From Escherichia coli (GTDB lineage Bacteria > Pseudomonadota > Gammaproteobacteria > Enterobacterales > Enterobacteriaceae), in the NCBI RefSeq assembly GCF_003790525.1, contig NZ_CP033635.1: a stretch of 64,000 bases of DNA, one strand, 5' to 3'. The first letter of the stretch is position 1. Each line of letters starts with the position of its first letter. Shown here piece after piece: positions 54,261 through 64,000 of the stretch. A program made the translations under genes and the position numbers. Under the pieces are notes generated by a model that ran no database searches, was not told where the DNA came from, and was given only the letters and a program-made list of their open reading frames with translations.

Positions 54261-56486
54261 ATGCGGTGGATCCTGTTCATCCTCTTCTGCCTGCTGGGCG
54301 CACCTGCCCACGCGGTATCCATACCCGGCGTTACAACCACAACGACAACGGACTCAACGACTGAACCGGCCCCGGAACCGGATATCGAACAAAAAAAAGC
54401 GGCCTATGGCGCACTGGCGGATGTGCTGGATAATGACACCTCGCGTAAAGAGTTGATCGACCAGTTGCGCACCGTCGCCGCGACGCCCCCGGCAGAACCC
54501 GTACCGAAGATCGTGCCGCCGACGCTGGTTGAAGAGCAAACCGTGCTGCAAAAGGTCACCGAAGTCAGCCGCCATTATGGTGAAGCCCTTTCCGCCCGCT
54601 TCGGGCAACTTTATCGCAATATCACCGGCTCCCCGCATAAGCCGTTTAATCCACAAACCTTCAGCAATGCGTTGACCCATTTTTCAATGTTAGCGGTATT
54701 AGTGTTTGTTTTTTACTGGCTGATTCGCCTGTGCGCACTTCCGCTGTATCGCAAAATGGGCCAGTGGGCGCGGCAAAAAAATCGTGAGCGCAGTAACTGG
54801 TTGCAGCTTCCGGCGATGATTATCGGGGCGTTTATTATCGACCTGCTGTTACTGGCACTGACATTGTTTGTCGGCCAGGTATTAAGCGACAACCTGAATG
54901 CGGGCAGTCGCACCATCGCTTTCCAACAAAGTTTGTTTCTCAACGCCTTTGCCCTGATTGAATTTTTCAAAGCCGTACTACGCCTGATTTTTTGCCCAAA
55001 CGTGGCTGAACTGCGCCCGTTCACGATTCATGACGAGACCGCCCGTTACTGGAGCCGTCGCCTGAGCTGGTTAAGCAGCCTGATTGGCTATGGCCTGATT
55101 GTGGCCGTGCCGATTATCTCTAATCAGGTGAATGTACAGATAGGTGCGCTGGCGAACGTCATCATTATGCTGTGCATGACGGTCTGGGCGCTGTACCTGA
55201 TCTTTCGTAATAAAAAAGAGATTACCCAGCATTTGCTCAACTTCGCGGAGCATTCGCTGGCCTTTTTCAGCCTGTTTATCCGCGCCTTTGCGCTGGTGTG
55301 GCACTGGCTGGCAAGCGCCTATTTTATCGTGCTGTTTTTCTTTTCGTTGTTCGATCCGGGCAACAGCCTGAAATTTATGATGGGTGCAACGGTGCGCAGC
55401 CTGGCGATTATTGGTATCGCAGCATTTGTTTCCGGTATGTTTTCCCGCTGGCTGGCGAAAACCATCACCCTCTCGCCACATACTCAGCGTAACTATCCGG
55501 AGCTGCAAAAACGGTTGAATGGCTGGCTGTCGGCGGCGCTGAAAACGGCGCGTATTCTGACAGTCTGCGTGGCGGTAATGCTGCTGTTGAGCGCATGGGG
55601 ATTGTTCGATTTCTGGAACTGGCTGCAAAACGGCGCGGGGCAGAAAACCGTAGATATCCTGATCCGTATCGCACTCATTCTTTTCTTCTCGGCGGTTGGC
55701 TGGACAGTGCTCGCCAGTTTGATCGAAAACCGGCTGGCTTCGGATATTCATGGCCGCCCGCTACCCAGCGCCCGTACGCGTACCCTGCTGACGCTGTTTC
55801 GTAACGCGCTGGCGGTGATTATCAGTACCATCACCATCATGATTGTGTTGTCGGAAATCGGCGTTAATATCGCGCCATTGCTGGCAGGTGCCGGGGCATT
55901 AGGTCTGGCTATCTCGTTTGGTTCGCAAACGCTGGTGAAAGATATTATCACCGGGGTATTTATTCAGTTTGAAAACGGCATGAACACTGGAGATTTGGTG
56001 ACTATCGGGCCGTTGACCGGCACTGTGGAACGGATGTCGATTCGCTCCGTGGGCGTGCGTCAGGATACCGGGGCGTATCACATCATTCCGTGGTCTTCGA
56101 TAACTACCTTTGCTAACTTCGTCCGCGGCATTGGTTCGGTGGTGGCAAATTACGATGTTGATCGCCATGAAGATGCTGATAAAGCCAATCAGGCACTGAA
56201 AGATGCGGTAGCGGAATTAATGGAAAACGAAGAAATTCGCGGGCTGATTATTGGTGAACCGAATTTTGCCGGGATTGTCGGCTTAAGCAATACCGCGTTT
56301 ACACTGCGTGTTTCGTTCACCACGCTGCCACTCAAACAGTGGACGGTCCGCTTTGCCCTCGACAGCCAGGTGAAAAAACATTTCGACCTGGCGGGCGTTC
56401 GCGCGCCAGTGCAGACTTATCAGGTGCTGCCTGCTCCGGGCGCGACCCCGGCTGAACCGTTGCCGCCGGGGGAACCAACGCTTTAA
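54261..56486 (+). CDS. ybiO: MscS-family mechanosensitive channel YbiO
   Basis: ORF trimmed to [18 protein letters not shown] signal start with GGAGG RBS; 741 aa. Confidence 0.9.
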   Translation: MRWILFILFCLLGAPAHAVSIPGVTTTTTTDSTTEPAPEPDIEQKKAAYGALADVLDNDTSRKELIDQLRTVAATPPAEPVPKIVPPTLVEEQTVLQKVTEVSRHYGEALSARFGQLYRNITGSPHKPFNPQTFSNALTHFSMLAVLVFVFYWLIRLCALPLYRKMGQWARQKNRERSNWLQLPAMIIGAFIIDLLLLALTLFVGQVLSDNLNAGSRTIAFQQSLFLNAFALIEFFKAVLRLIFCPNVAELRPFTIHDETARYWSRRLSWLSSLIGYGLIVAVPIISNQVNVQIGALANVIIMLCMTVWALYLIFRNKKEITQHLLNFAEHSLAFFSLFIRAFALVWHWLASAYFIVLFFFSLFDPGNSLKFMMGATVRSLAIIGIAAFVSGMFSRWLAKTITLSPHTQRNYPELQKRLNGWLSAALKTARILTVCVAVMLLLSAWGLFDFWNWLQNGAGQKTVDILIRIALILFFSAVGWTVLASLIENRLASDIHGRPLPSARTRTLLTLFRNALAVIISTITIMIVLSEIGVNIAPLLAGAGALGLAISFGSQTLVKDIITGVFIQFENGMNTGDLVTIGPLTGTVERMSIRSVGVRQDTGAYHIIPWSSITTFANFVRGIGSVVANYDVDRHEDADKANQALKDAVAELMENEEIRGLIIGEPNFAGIVGLSNTAFTLRVSFTTLPLKQWTVRFALDSQVKKHFDLAGVRAPVQTYQVLPAPGATPAEPLPPGEPTL

Positions 56487-57409
56487 CGCTGGCGATTGAC
56501 AAAACGGCGGCGCTGCTCGTCGTTCATAAAGGTCCAGGCTATAAAGCGGCTCTGCTTTTGCCCCTGGGCCATCTCTTTTTTGACCACTTTCACCGCGCCC
56601 ACTTCCGTCAGAGCACGATACAACGGCGGTAAGTTTTCGCCACGAGATACCAGCGAGGTAAACCACATCACCTGCTTCGCGAAGCCTTTGCTCTCTTCAA
56701 TCATCTTTTTAATAAAAGCGACTTCACCGCCTTCACACCACAACTCCTGTTGCTGACCACCAAAATTCAGTGCATCGTCTTTGTTTAGCCCCAGGTTACG
56801 GCGTTTACGTTCACTACCTGCCCGTGCCGCAGCGGCGGAATCGTGGAATGGCGGGTTACACAAGGTCGCGTCGTATTGCTCGTTTTTATGGATGATGCCG
56901 TTAAAAATCGCCCCACTCTCTTTTTGCCGACGCAGACGAATGGCGCGGTTAAGCCCCGGATTAGCACTGATGATCGCCTGCGCACTGCTTAACGCCTGGC
57001 TGCTGGTTTCACTACCAGTAAAACGCCAGCCATATTCATGTACGCCAATCAGCGGATAAATACAGTTCGCACCAACGCCGATATCCAGAATGCTGGCATT
57101 AGCTAGAATTGATCCTGTTGCTTCTGCCAGTAAATCGGCAAGGTGATGAATATAATCCGCCCGGCCCGGTACTGGTGGGCAGAGAAAACCGTCGGGGATA
57201 TCCCAGTTCGCTACGGCGTAAAAATGGGCCAGCAACGCCTTATTGAGCGCCTTCACCGCCAGCGGATTGGCAAAGTCTACGCTTTGCTCCCCGGCGGGTG
57301 TAAGCGTGAGGAATTGCCTGAGTTCAGGATTGACCTGACAAAGCGTGGCGAGATCGTAGCGGCTGTGATGACGGTTGCGCGGATGCAACCCCGGTTTCTG
57401 GGCGGACAT
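56483..57409 (-). CDS. rlmF: 23S rRNA m6A1618 methyltransferase RlmF (YbiN)
   Basis: ORF trimmed to Met 31 ([19 protein letters not shown]...), 308 aa; SAM-MTase with NPPF motif. Confidence 0.9.
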   Translation of the reverse strand: MSAQKPGLHPRNRHHSRYDLATLCQVNPELRQFLTLTPAGEQSVDFANPLAVKALNKALLAHFYAVANWDIPDGFLCPPVPGRADYIHHLADLLAEATGSILANASILDIGVGANCIYPLIGVHEYGWRFTGSETSSQALSSAQAIISANPGLNRAIRLRRQKESGAIFNGIIHKNEQYDATLCNPPFHDSAAAARAGSERKRRNLGLNKDDALNFGGQQQELWCEGGEVAFIKKMIEESKGFAKQVMWFTSLVSRGENLPPLYRALTEVGAVKVVKKEMAQGQKQSRFIAWTFMNDEQRRRFVNRQR

Positions 57410-57684
57410 AGCATTCTCCTTTAAGCAGCGGCGTAAGATACCCGCATAACGCGACAGGGTAAATATCTGGCTGCGTTTATCATTTCTATAAACCTTCACA
57501 TGGCTATGTTTTATGGCAATTCATCATAAAAATCAGCATTATGCATATCATTGATTTGTCTTGTTTTGTAAAAATATATCGTTCAAAAAACAAGCACATC
57601 TCTGTCAATTTTTTGCGTCATTTTCATCGCCCAGGCGACCTACACTTATCAGGCACTACCCGTTGTATTTATGAGGATGTCATT

Positions 57685-57945
57685 ATGAAAAAGTGCCTCA
57701 CACTACTGATTGCCACCGTCCTGAGCGGAATCTCTCTCACGGCTTATGCCGCGCAACCGATGAGTAACCTGGACAGCGGTCAGCTACGGCCCGCCGGTAC
57801 CGTTTCGGCAACTGGCGCATCAAACCTAAGCGATCTGGAGGATAAACTGGCAGAAAAAGCGCGCGAACAAGGCGCGAAAGGTTATGTCATTAATTCCGCA
57901 GGCGGAAATGACCAGATGTTCGGTACTGCAATCATCTACAAATAA
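57685..57945 (+). CDS. mcbA: DUF1471 (YdgH/BhsA/McbA) family periplasmic protein McbA (YbiM)
   Basis: 86-aa frame from internal ATG of ORF 57541..57945; signal peptide and C-terminal ...GTAIIYK. Confidence 0.85.
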   Translation: MKKCLTLLIATVLSGISLTAYAAQPMSNLDSGQLRPAGTVSATGASNLSDLEDKLAEKAREQGAKGYVINSAGGNDQMFGTAIIYK

Positions 57946-58080
57946 CCCCACCAACGTAACTGCATTCGCCTCTGGATGCAGTTTTCGTCCGATTTGTAAG
58001 CAAAAAACATCAAATATGAACGCAATGTAAATAAATGTATTTCTTTTTCGCGCAATGGGTGATAGAAAATCGCGCCAAGT

Positions 58081-58105
58081 GATAATGCTTATCAAAATTA
58101 TTATC
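58081..58105. promoter_or_regulatory. Fur box in the fiu promoter region
   Basis: GATAATGCTTATCAAAATTATTATC, strong match to the Fur consensus, ~100 nt upstream of fiu. Confidence 0.7.
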
Positions 58106-58209
58106 ACTTGCACGAACGCTATCACGAGATTAACAATGGCATCGCATCCGCAGAGATGCTTTCTCGTGGCAGTGAAAATTTCAACATATAAGAAAAAGTC
58201 ACCTGCAAA

Positions 58210-60492
58210 ATGGAAAACAATCGCAATTTCCCTGCCAGACAATTTCATTCGCTCACGTTCTTTGCCGGTCTTTGTATTGGCATCACGCCTGTGGCTCAGG
58301 CTCTCGCCGCCGAAGGGCAAATTAACGCGGATGACACGCTGGTTGTCGAAGCATCAACGCCTTCGCTTTATGCGCCACAACAATCTGCCGATCCGAAATT
58401 CTCGCGTCCGGTAGCGGATACTACCCGCACGATGACGGTGATTTCTGAACAAGTGATTAAAGATCAGGGTGCAACCAACCTTACCGACGCGCTCAAAAAC
58501 GTCCCCGGCGTGGGTGCGTTTTTTGCGGGTGAGAACGGTAACTCCACCACTGGCGACGCCATTTATATGCGTGGTGCCGATACCTCTAACAGTATTTATA
58601 TTGATGGCATTCGCGATATCGGCAGCGTCTCGCGCGACACCTTCAATACCGAGCAGGTCGAAGTGATTAAAGGGCCGTCCGGCACCGACTACGGGCGCAG
58701 CGCACCGACGGGCTCGATCAATATGATCAGCAAGCAGCCGCGCAATGATTCGGGCATTGACGCCTCCGCGAGTATTGGCAGCGCCTGGTTCCGCCGCGGC
58801 ACGCTGGACGTCAATCAGGTCATTGGTGATACCACCGCGGTGCGCCTGAATGTAATGGGCGAAAAAACGCACGATGCCGGACGCGACAAAGTCAAAAATG
58901 AGCGTTACGGCGTCGCCCCTTCTGTCGCTTTTGGCCTTGGTACAGCGAATCGTTTGTATCTTAATTATCTGCATGTCACCCAGCACAACACGCCAGACGG
59001 TGGCATTCCGACTATCGGTTTACCGGGCTATTCTGCCCCATCTGCGGGAACAGCGGCCCTGAATCATTCCGGAAAAGTTGATACGCATAACTTTTACGGC
59101 ACGGATTCCGATTACGACGATTCGACCACCGACACCGCTACCATGCGTTTTGAGCACGACATCAACGATAACACCACCATTCGCAATACTACCCGTTGGT
59201 CGCGCGTGAAGCAGGATTACCTGATGACGGCGATTATGGGTGGGGCGTCGAATATTACCCAGCCCACCAGCGATGTGAATAGCTGGACGTGGTCACGCAC
59301 GGCGAATACCAAAGATGTGAGTAACAAAATTCTCACCAACCAGACCAACCTGACCTCGACGTTCTATACCGGCGCTATCGGTCATGATGTCAGTACCGGC
59401 GTGGAATTTACCCGTGAAACGCAGACTAACTATGGCGTTAATCCGGTGACGTTACCGGCGGTAAATATTTATCATCCTGACAGCAGCATTCATCCCGGCG
59501 GCCTGACGCGCAACGGCGCAAACGCCAATGGTCAGACGGATACCTTCGCAATTTACGCCTTCGATACGCTGCAAATCACCCGTGATTTTGAGCTGAACGG
59601 CGGGATCCGTCTGGATAATTATCATACTGAATATGACAGTGCCACCGCCTGCGGCGGCAGCGGACGCGGTGCCATCACCTGCCCAGCTGGTGTGGCAAAA
59701 GGTTCTCCGGTCACCACCGTCGACACCGCCAGGTCGGGCAATCTGGTGAACTGGAAAGCCGGGGCGCTGTATCACCTGACGGAAAACGGCAATGTCTATA
59801 TTAACTATGCCGTTTCCCAGCAGCCTCCGGGCGGCAACAACTTCGCCCTTGCGCAGTCTGGCAGCGGTAACAGTGCCAACCGCACCGATTTTAAACCGCA
59901 AAAAGCCAACACCAGCGAGATTGGCACCAAATGGCAGGTTCTGGATAAACGCCTGTTGCTCACCGCCGCGCTGTTCCGTACTGATATCGAAAATGAAGTT
60001 GAGCAAAATGATGACGGAACTTACTCGCAATACGGTAAGAAACGCGTCGAAGGCTATGAGATATCCGGGGCCGGGAATATCACCCCCGCGTGGCAGGTGA
60101 TTGGCGGCTATACCCAGCAAAAAGCAACCATCAAAAACGGCAAAGATGTTGCCCAAGATGGTTCCTCATCGCTGCCCTATACGCCGGAGCACGCCTTTAC
60201 CTTATGGAGCCAATATCAGGCAACCGATGATATTTCCGTTGGTGCGGGCGCACGGTATATCGGCAGTATGCATAAAGGTTCTGACGGCGCGGTGGGAACG
60301 CCAGCGTTTACCGAAGGTTATTGGGTCGCCGACGCTAAACTGGGGTATCGGGTTAATCGCAATCTCGACTTCCAGCTAAACGTCTACAACCTGTTTGATA
60401 CCGATTACGTCGCCTCAATCAACAAGAGCGGCTACCGTTATCACCCGGGCGAGCCAAGAACCTTCTTGCTCACGGCCAATATGCATTTCTGA
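58210..60492 (+). CDS. fiu: TonB-dependent catecholate siderophore receptor Fiu
   Basis: 760-aa ORF with signal peptide, plug and barrel, C-terminal ...TANMHF. Confidence 0.95.
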   Translation: MENNRNFPARQFHSLTFFAGLCIGITPVAQALAAEGQINADDTLVVEASTPSLYAPQQSADPKFSRPVADTTRTMTVISEQVIKDQGATNLTDALKNVPGVGAFFAGENGNSTTGDAIYMRGADTSNSIYIDGIRDIGSVSRDTFNTEQVEVIKGPSGTDYGRSAPTGSINMISKQPRNDSGIDASASIGSAWFRRGTLDVNQVIGDTTAVRLNVMGEKTHDAGRDKVKNERYGVAPSVAFGLGTANRLYLNYLHVTQHNTPDGGIPTIGLPGYSAPSAGTAALNHSGKVDTHNFYGTDSDYDDSTTDTATMRFEHDINDNTTIRNTTRWSRVKQDYLMTAIMGGASNITQPTSDVNSWTWSRTANTKDVSNKILTNQTNLTSTFYTGAIGHDVSTGVEFTRETQTNYGVNPVTLPAVNIYHPDSSIHPGGLTRNGANANGQTDTFAIYAFDTLQITRDFELNGGIRLDNYHTEYDSATACGGSGRGAITCPAGVAKGSPVTTVDTARSGNLVNWKAGALYHLTENGNVYINYAVSQQPPGGNNFALAQSGSGNSANRTDFKPQKANTSEIGTKWQVLDKRLLLTAALFRTDIENEVEQNDDGTYSQYGKKRVEGYEISGAGNITPAWQVIGGYTQQKATIKNGKDVAQDGSSSLPYTPEHAFTLWSQYQATDDISVGAGARYIGSMHKGSDGAVGTPAFTEGYWVADAKLGYRVNRNLDFQLNVYNLFDTDYVASINKSGYRYHPGEPRTFLLTANMHF

Positions 60493-60499
60493 TTCAGAT

Positions 60500-60523
60500 G
60501 TGGGGCGCAGGCCCCACTTTTTG
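60500..60523 (+). terminator. hairpin plus T-run between fiu and ybiX (possible terminator or attenuator)
   Basis: gtggggc-gcag-gccccac followed by TTTTTGG, 8 nt after the fiu stop and 10 nt before the ybiX ATG. Confidence 0.5.
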
Positions 60524-60533
60524 GAGAACTTGT

Positions 60534-61211
60534 ATGATGTACCACATTCCCGGCGTGCTATCGCCACAGGACGTCGCCCGGTTTCGCGAACAACTGGAAC
60601 AAGCCGAATGGGTGGATGGACGCGTCACCACCGGCGCACAAGGTGCGCAAGTTAAGAACAATCAACAGGTAGACACCCGCAGCACGTTATACGCCGCCCT
60701 GCAAAATGAGGTGCTGAACGCGGTTAATCAACATGCTTTATTCTTTGCCGCGGCCTTGCCGCGTACCCTTTCCACGCCGCTGTTTAATCGCTATCAGAAC
60801 AATGAAACCTATGGTTTCCATGTGGATGGCGCAGTACGCAGCCATCCACAAAACGGCTGGATGCGCACTGACCTTTCTGCCACGCTGTTTTTAAGCGATC
60901 CAGAAAGCTACGACGGCGGCGAACTGGTCGTTAATGACACCTTCGGGCAACATCGGGTAAAACTCCCGGCAGGCGATCTGGTGTTGTATCCCTCCAGCAG
61001 CCTGCATTGCGTGACACCCGTAACCCGCGGCGTGCGAGTGGCATCATTTATGTGGATCCAGTCGATGATCCGCGATGATAAAAAGCGCGCCATGCTGTTT
61101 GAACTGGACAACAATATTCAGTCGCTGAAAAGCCACTACGGCGAAAGTGAAGAGATCCTGTCGCTGCTCAATCTTTATCATAATCTGCTGCGGGAATGGT
61201 CGGAGATCTGA
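60534..61211 (+). CDS. ybiX: PKHD-type Fe(II)/2-oxoglutarate hydroxylase YbiX
   Basis: ORF trimmed to [10 protein letters not shown] start; 225 aa. Confidence 0.88.
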   Translation: MMYHIPGVLSPQDVARFREQLEQAEWVDGRVTTGAQGAQVKNNQQVDTRSTLYAALQNEVLNAVNQHALFFAAALPRTLSTPLFNRYQNNETYGFHVDGAVRSHPQNGWMRTDLSATLFLSDPESYDGGELVVNDTFGQHRVKLPAGDLVLYPSSSLHCVTPVTRGVRVASFMWIQSMIRDDKKRAMLFELDNNIQSLKSHYGESEEILSLLNLYHNLLREWSEI

Positions 61212-61284
61212 CGCTTGAACTGCCCGAGTTCGTCCCTATATTAGCTACACTTAACTGTACAAGCATTGATATGGGGAGGACGAT

Positions 61285-61551
61285 ATGGCATCCGGTTGGG
61301 CTAACGATGACGCCGTCAACGAACAGATCAACAGTACAATTGAAGATGCGATTGCTCGTGCCCGGGGTGAAATTCCGCGTGGCGAGAGCCTGTATGAATG
61401 TGAAGAGTGCGGCGCCCCCATCCCGCAGGCCCGTCGGGAAGCCATTCCTGGCGTGCGCTTATGCATTCATTGTCAGCAGGATAAAGATTTACAAAAATCA
61501 GCTTATACAGGATATAATCGCAGAGGTTCGAAAGACAGCCAGTTACGTTAA
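61285..61551 (+). CDS. ybiI: DksA/TraR-family C4-type zinc-finger protein YbiI
   Basis: 88-aa ORF with CEEC...CIHC zinc finger. Confidence 0.88.
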   Translation: MASGWANDDAVNEQINSTIEDAIARARGEIPRGESLYECEECGAPIPQARREAIPGVRLCIHCQQDKDLQKSAYTGYNRRGSKDSQLR

Positions 61552-61815
61552 CTACAACTGGCGGGATGTATAGCGAGTATAATTTGTGTTTTGCGTGGCA
61601 TTCCGTGCCTTTAACGCTGTCGTGACTGCCACGCTGCATAAAACAAGTCCATAAGTTCAACAAATAAATGGATTATCAGTATGTTAGATATCAATCAATT
61701 TATTTGAACAAGGCGGTCAATTCTCTTCGATTTTATCTCTCGTAAAAAAACGTGATACTCATCACATCGACGAAACAACGTCACTTATACAAAAATCACC
61801 TGCGAGAGATTAATT

Positions 61816-62076
61816 ATGAAAACTATCAATACTGTTGTTGCTGCTATGGCTCTTTCAACTCTGTCATTTGGCGTGTTCGCGGCGGAACCGGTAACGACAT
61901 CCCAGGCACAGAACATGAATAAAATCGGCGTGGTTTCTGCCGATGGCGCATCCACCCTCGATGCCCTGGAAGCGAAACTGGCTGAGAAAGCCGCGGCGGC
62001 CGGTGCCAGTGGATACAGCATCACTTCTGCCACCAACAACAATAAATTAAGCGGTACTGCGGTAATTTATAAGTAA
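61816..62076 (+). CDS. ybiJ: DUF1471-family periplasmic protein YbiJ
   Basis: 86-aa ORF, paralog of mcbA (signal peptide, ...GTAVIYK). Confidence 0.88.
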   Translation: MKTINTVVAAMALSTLSFGVFAAEPVTTSQAQNMNKIGVVSADGASTLDALEAKLAEKAAAAGASGYSITSATNNNKLSGTAVIYK

Positions 62077-62187
62077 TTCGTATGCTAGATCAGGCGTTTA
62101 CGCTACATTCAGCACAAGTATTTCCCTGTCTGTTTGCCGACAGACGCATATGCTCTAACCCTCATTGATCCTATGTTACCCTTGTTT

Positions 62188-62214
62188 GCCCGTCCGCCAC
62201 TGGACGGGCTTTTT

Positions 62215-62216
<2 letters not shown>
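62188..62216 (+). terminator. intrinsic terminator downstream of ybiJ (overlaps ybiC stop codon)
   Basis: gcccgtcc-gccactg-ggacgggc hairpin followed by TTTTTTT. Confidence 0.65.
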
Positions 62217-63434
<1,218 letters not shown>

Positions 63435-63440
63435 AAAGAA

Positions 63441-64000
<560 letters not shown>

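Noticed and set aside
55071-55751. 226-aa minus-strand ORF
   Set aside because: Antisense to ybiO.
58354-60156. 210-aa and 234-aa minus-strand ORFs
   Set aside because: Antisense to fiu.

Overview
This window is an Escherichia coli-type chromosomal segment, in reverse orientation relative to K-12 numbering, interrupted by a ~26.8 kb integrase-bearing island inserted between glnH and glnP. Core gene order is pdeI(partial)-gsiDCBA-iaaA-moeAB-fsaA-ybiY-ybiW-ybiV-ybiU-ybiT-ldtB-ybiR-mntR-mntS-opgE-ompX-rhtA-dps-glnH, then the island (about 25877-52678), then glnPQ-ybiO-rlmF-mcbA-fiu-ybiX-ybiI-ybiJ-ybiC-ybiB(partial). Core calls rest on the ORF-track translations matching E. coli proteins I recognise from memory and on conserved synteny; no database search was run. 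The island is flanked by a 14-bp direct repeat (tcccctctggggag) and has paired TGGGGGCTA(T/C) repeats at both ends. It is a mosaic: a P4-type tyrosine integrase, a TPR-like orphan, an AT-rich EcsC-like/zinc-ribbon module, an envelope-protein cluster, a SitA-like metal-binding protein with Fur and MntR boxes but a truncated ATPase gene, an Rpn nuclease, an intact IS2, several IS fragments, AlpA plus three YagK/YfjJ-like genes, a ~1.5 kb A-rich ORF-free stretch, an AT-rich 407-aa orphan, and a CP4-type GTPase/antirestriction/RadC/CbeA-CbtA module. The best candidates for an undescribed system are the 407-aa orphan with the adjacent A-rich ORF-free region, and the AT-rich three-gene module at 29.7-31.1 kb; neither matches a family I can name with confidence. 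No rRNA, tRNA or CRISPR array was found. Coordinates of short sites read by eye may be off by a few bp.
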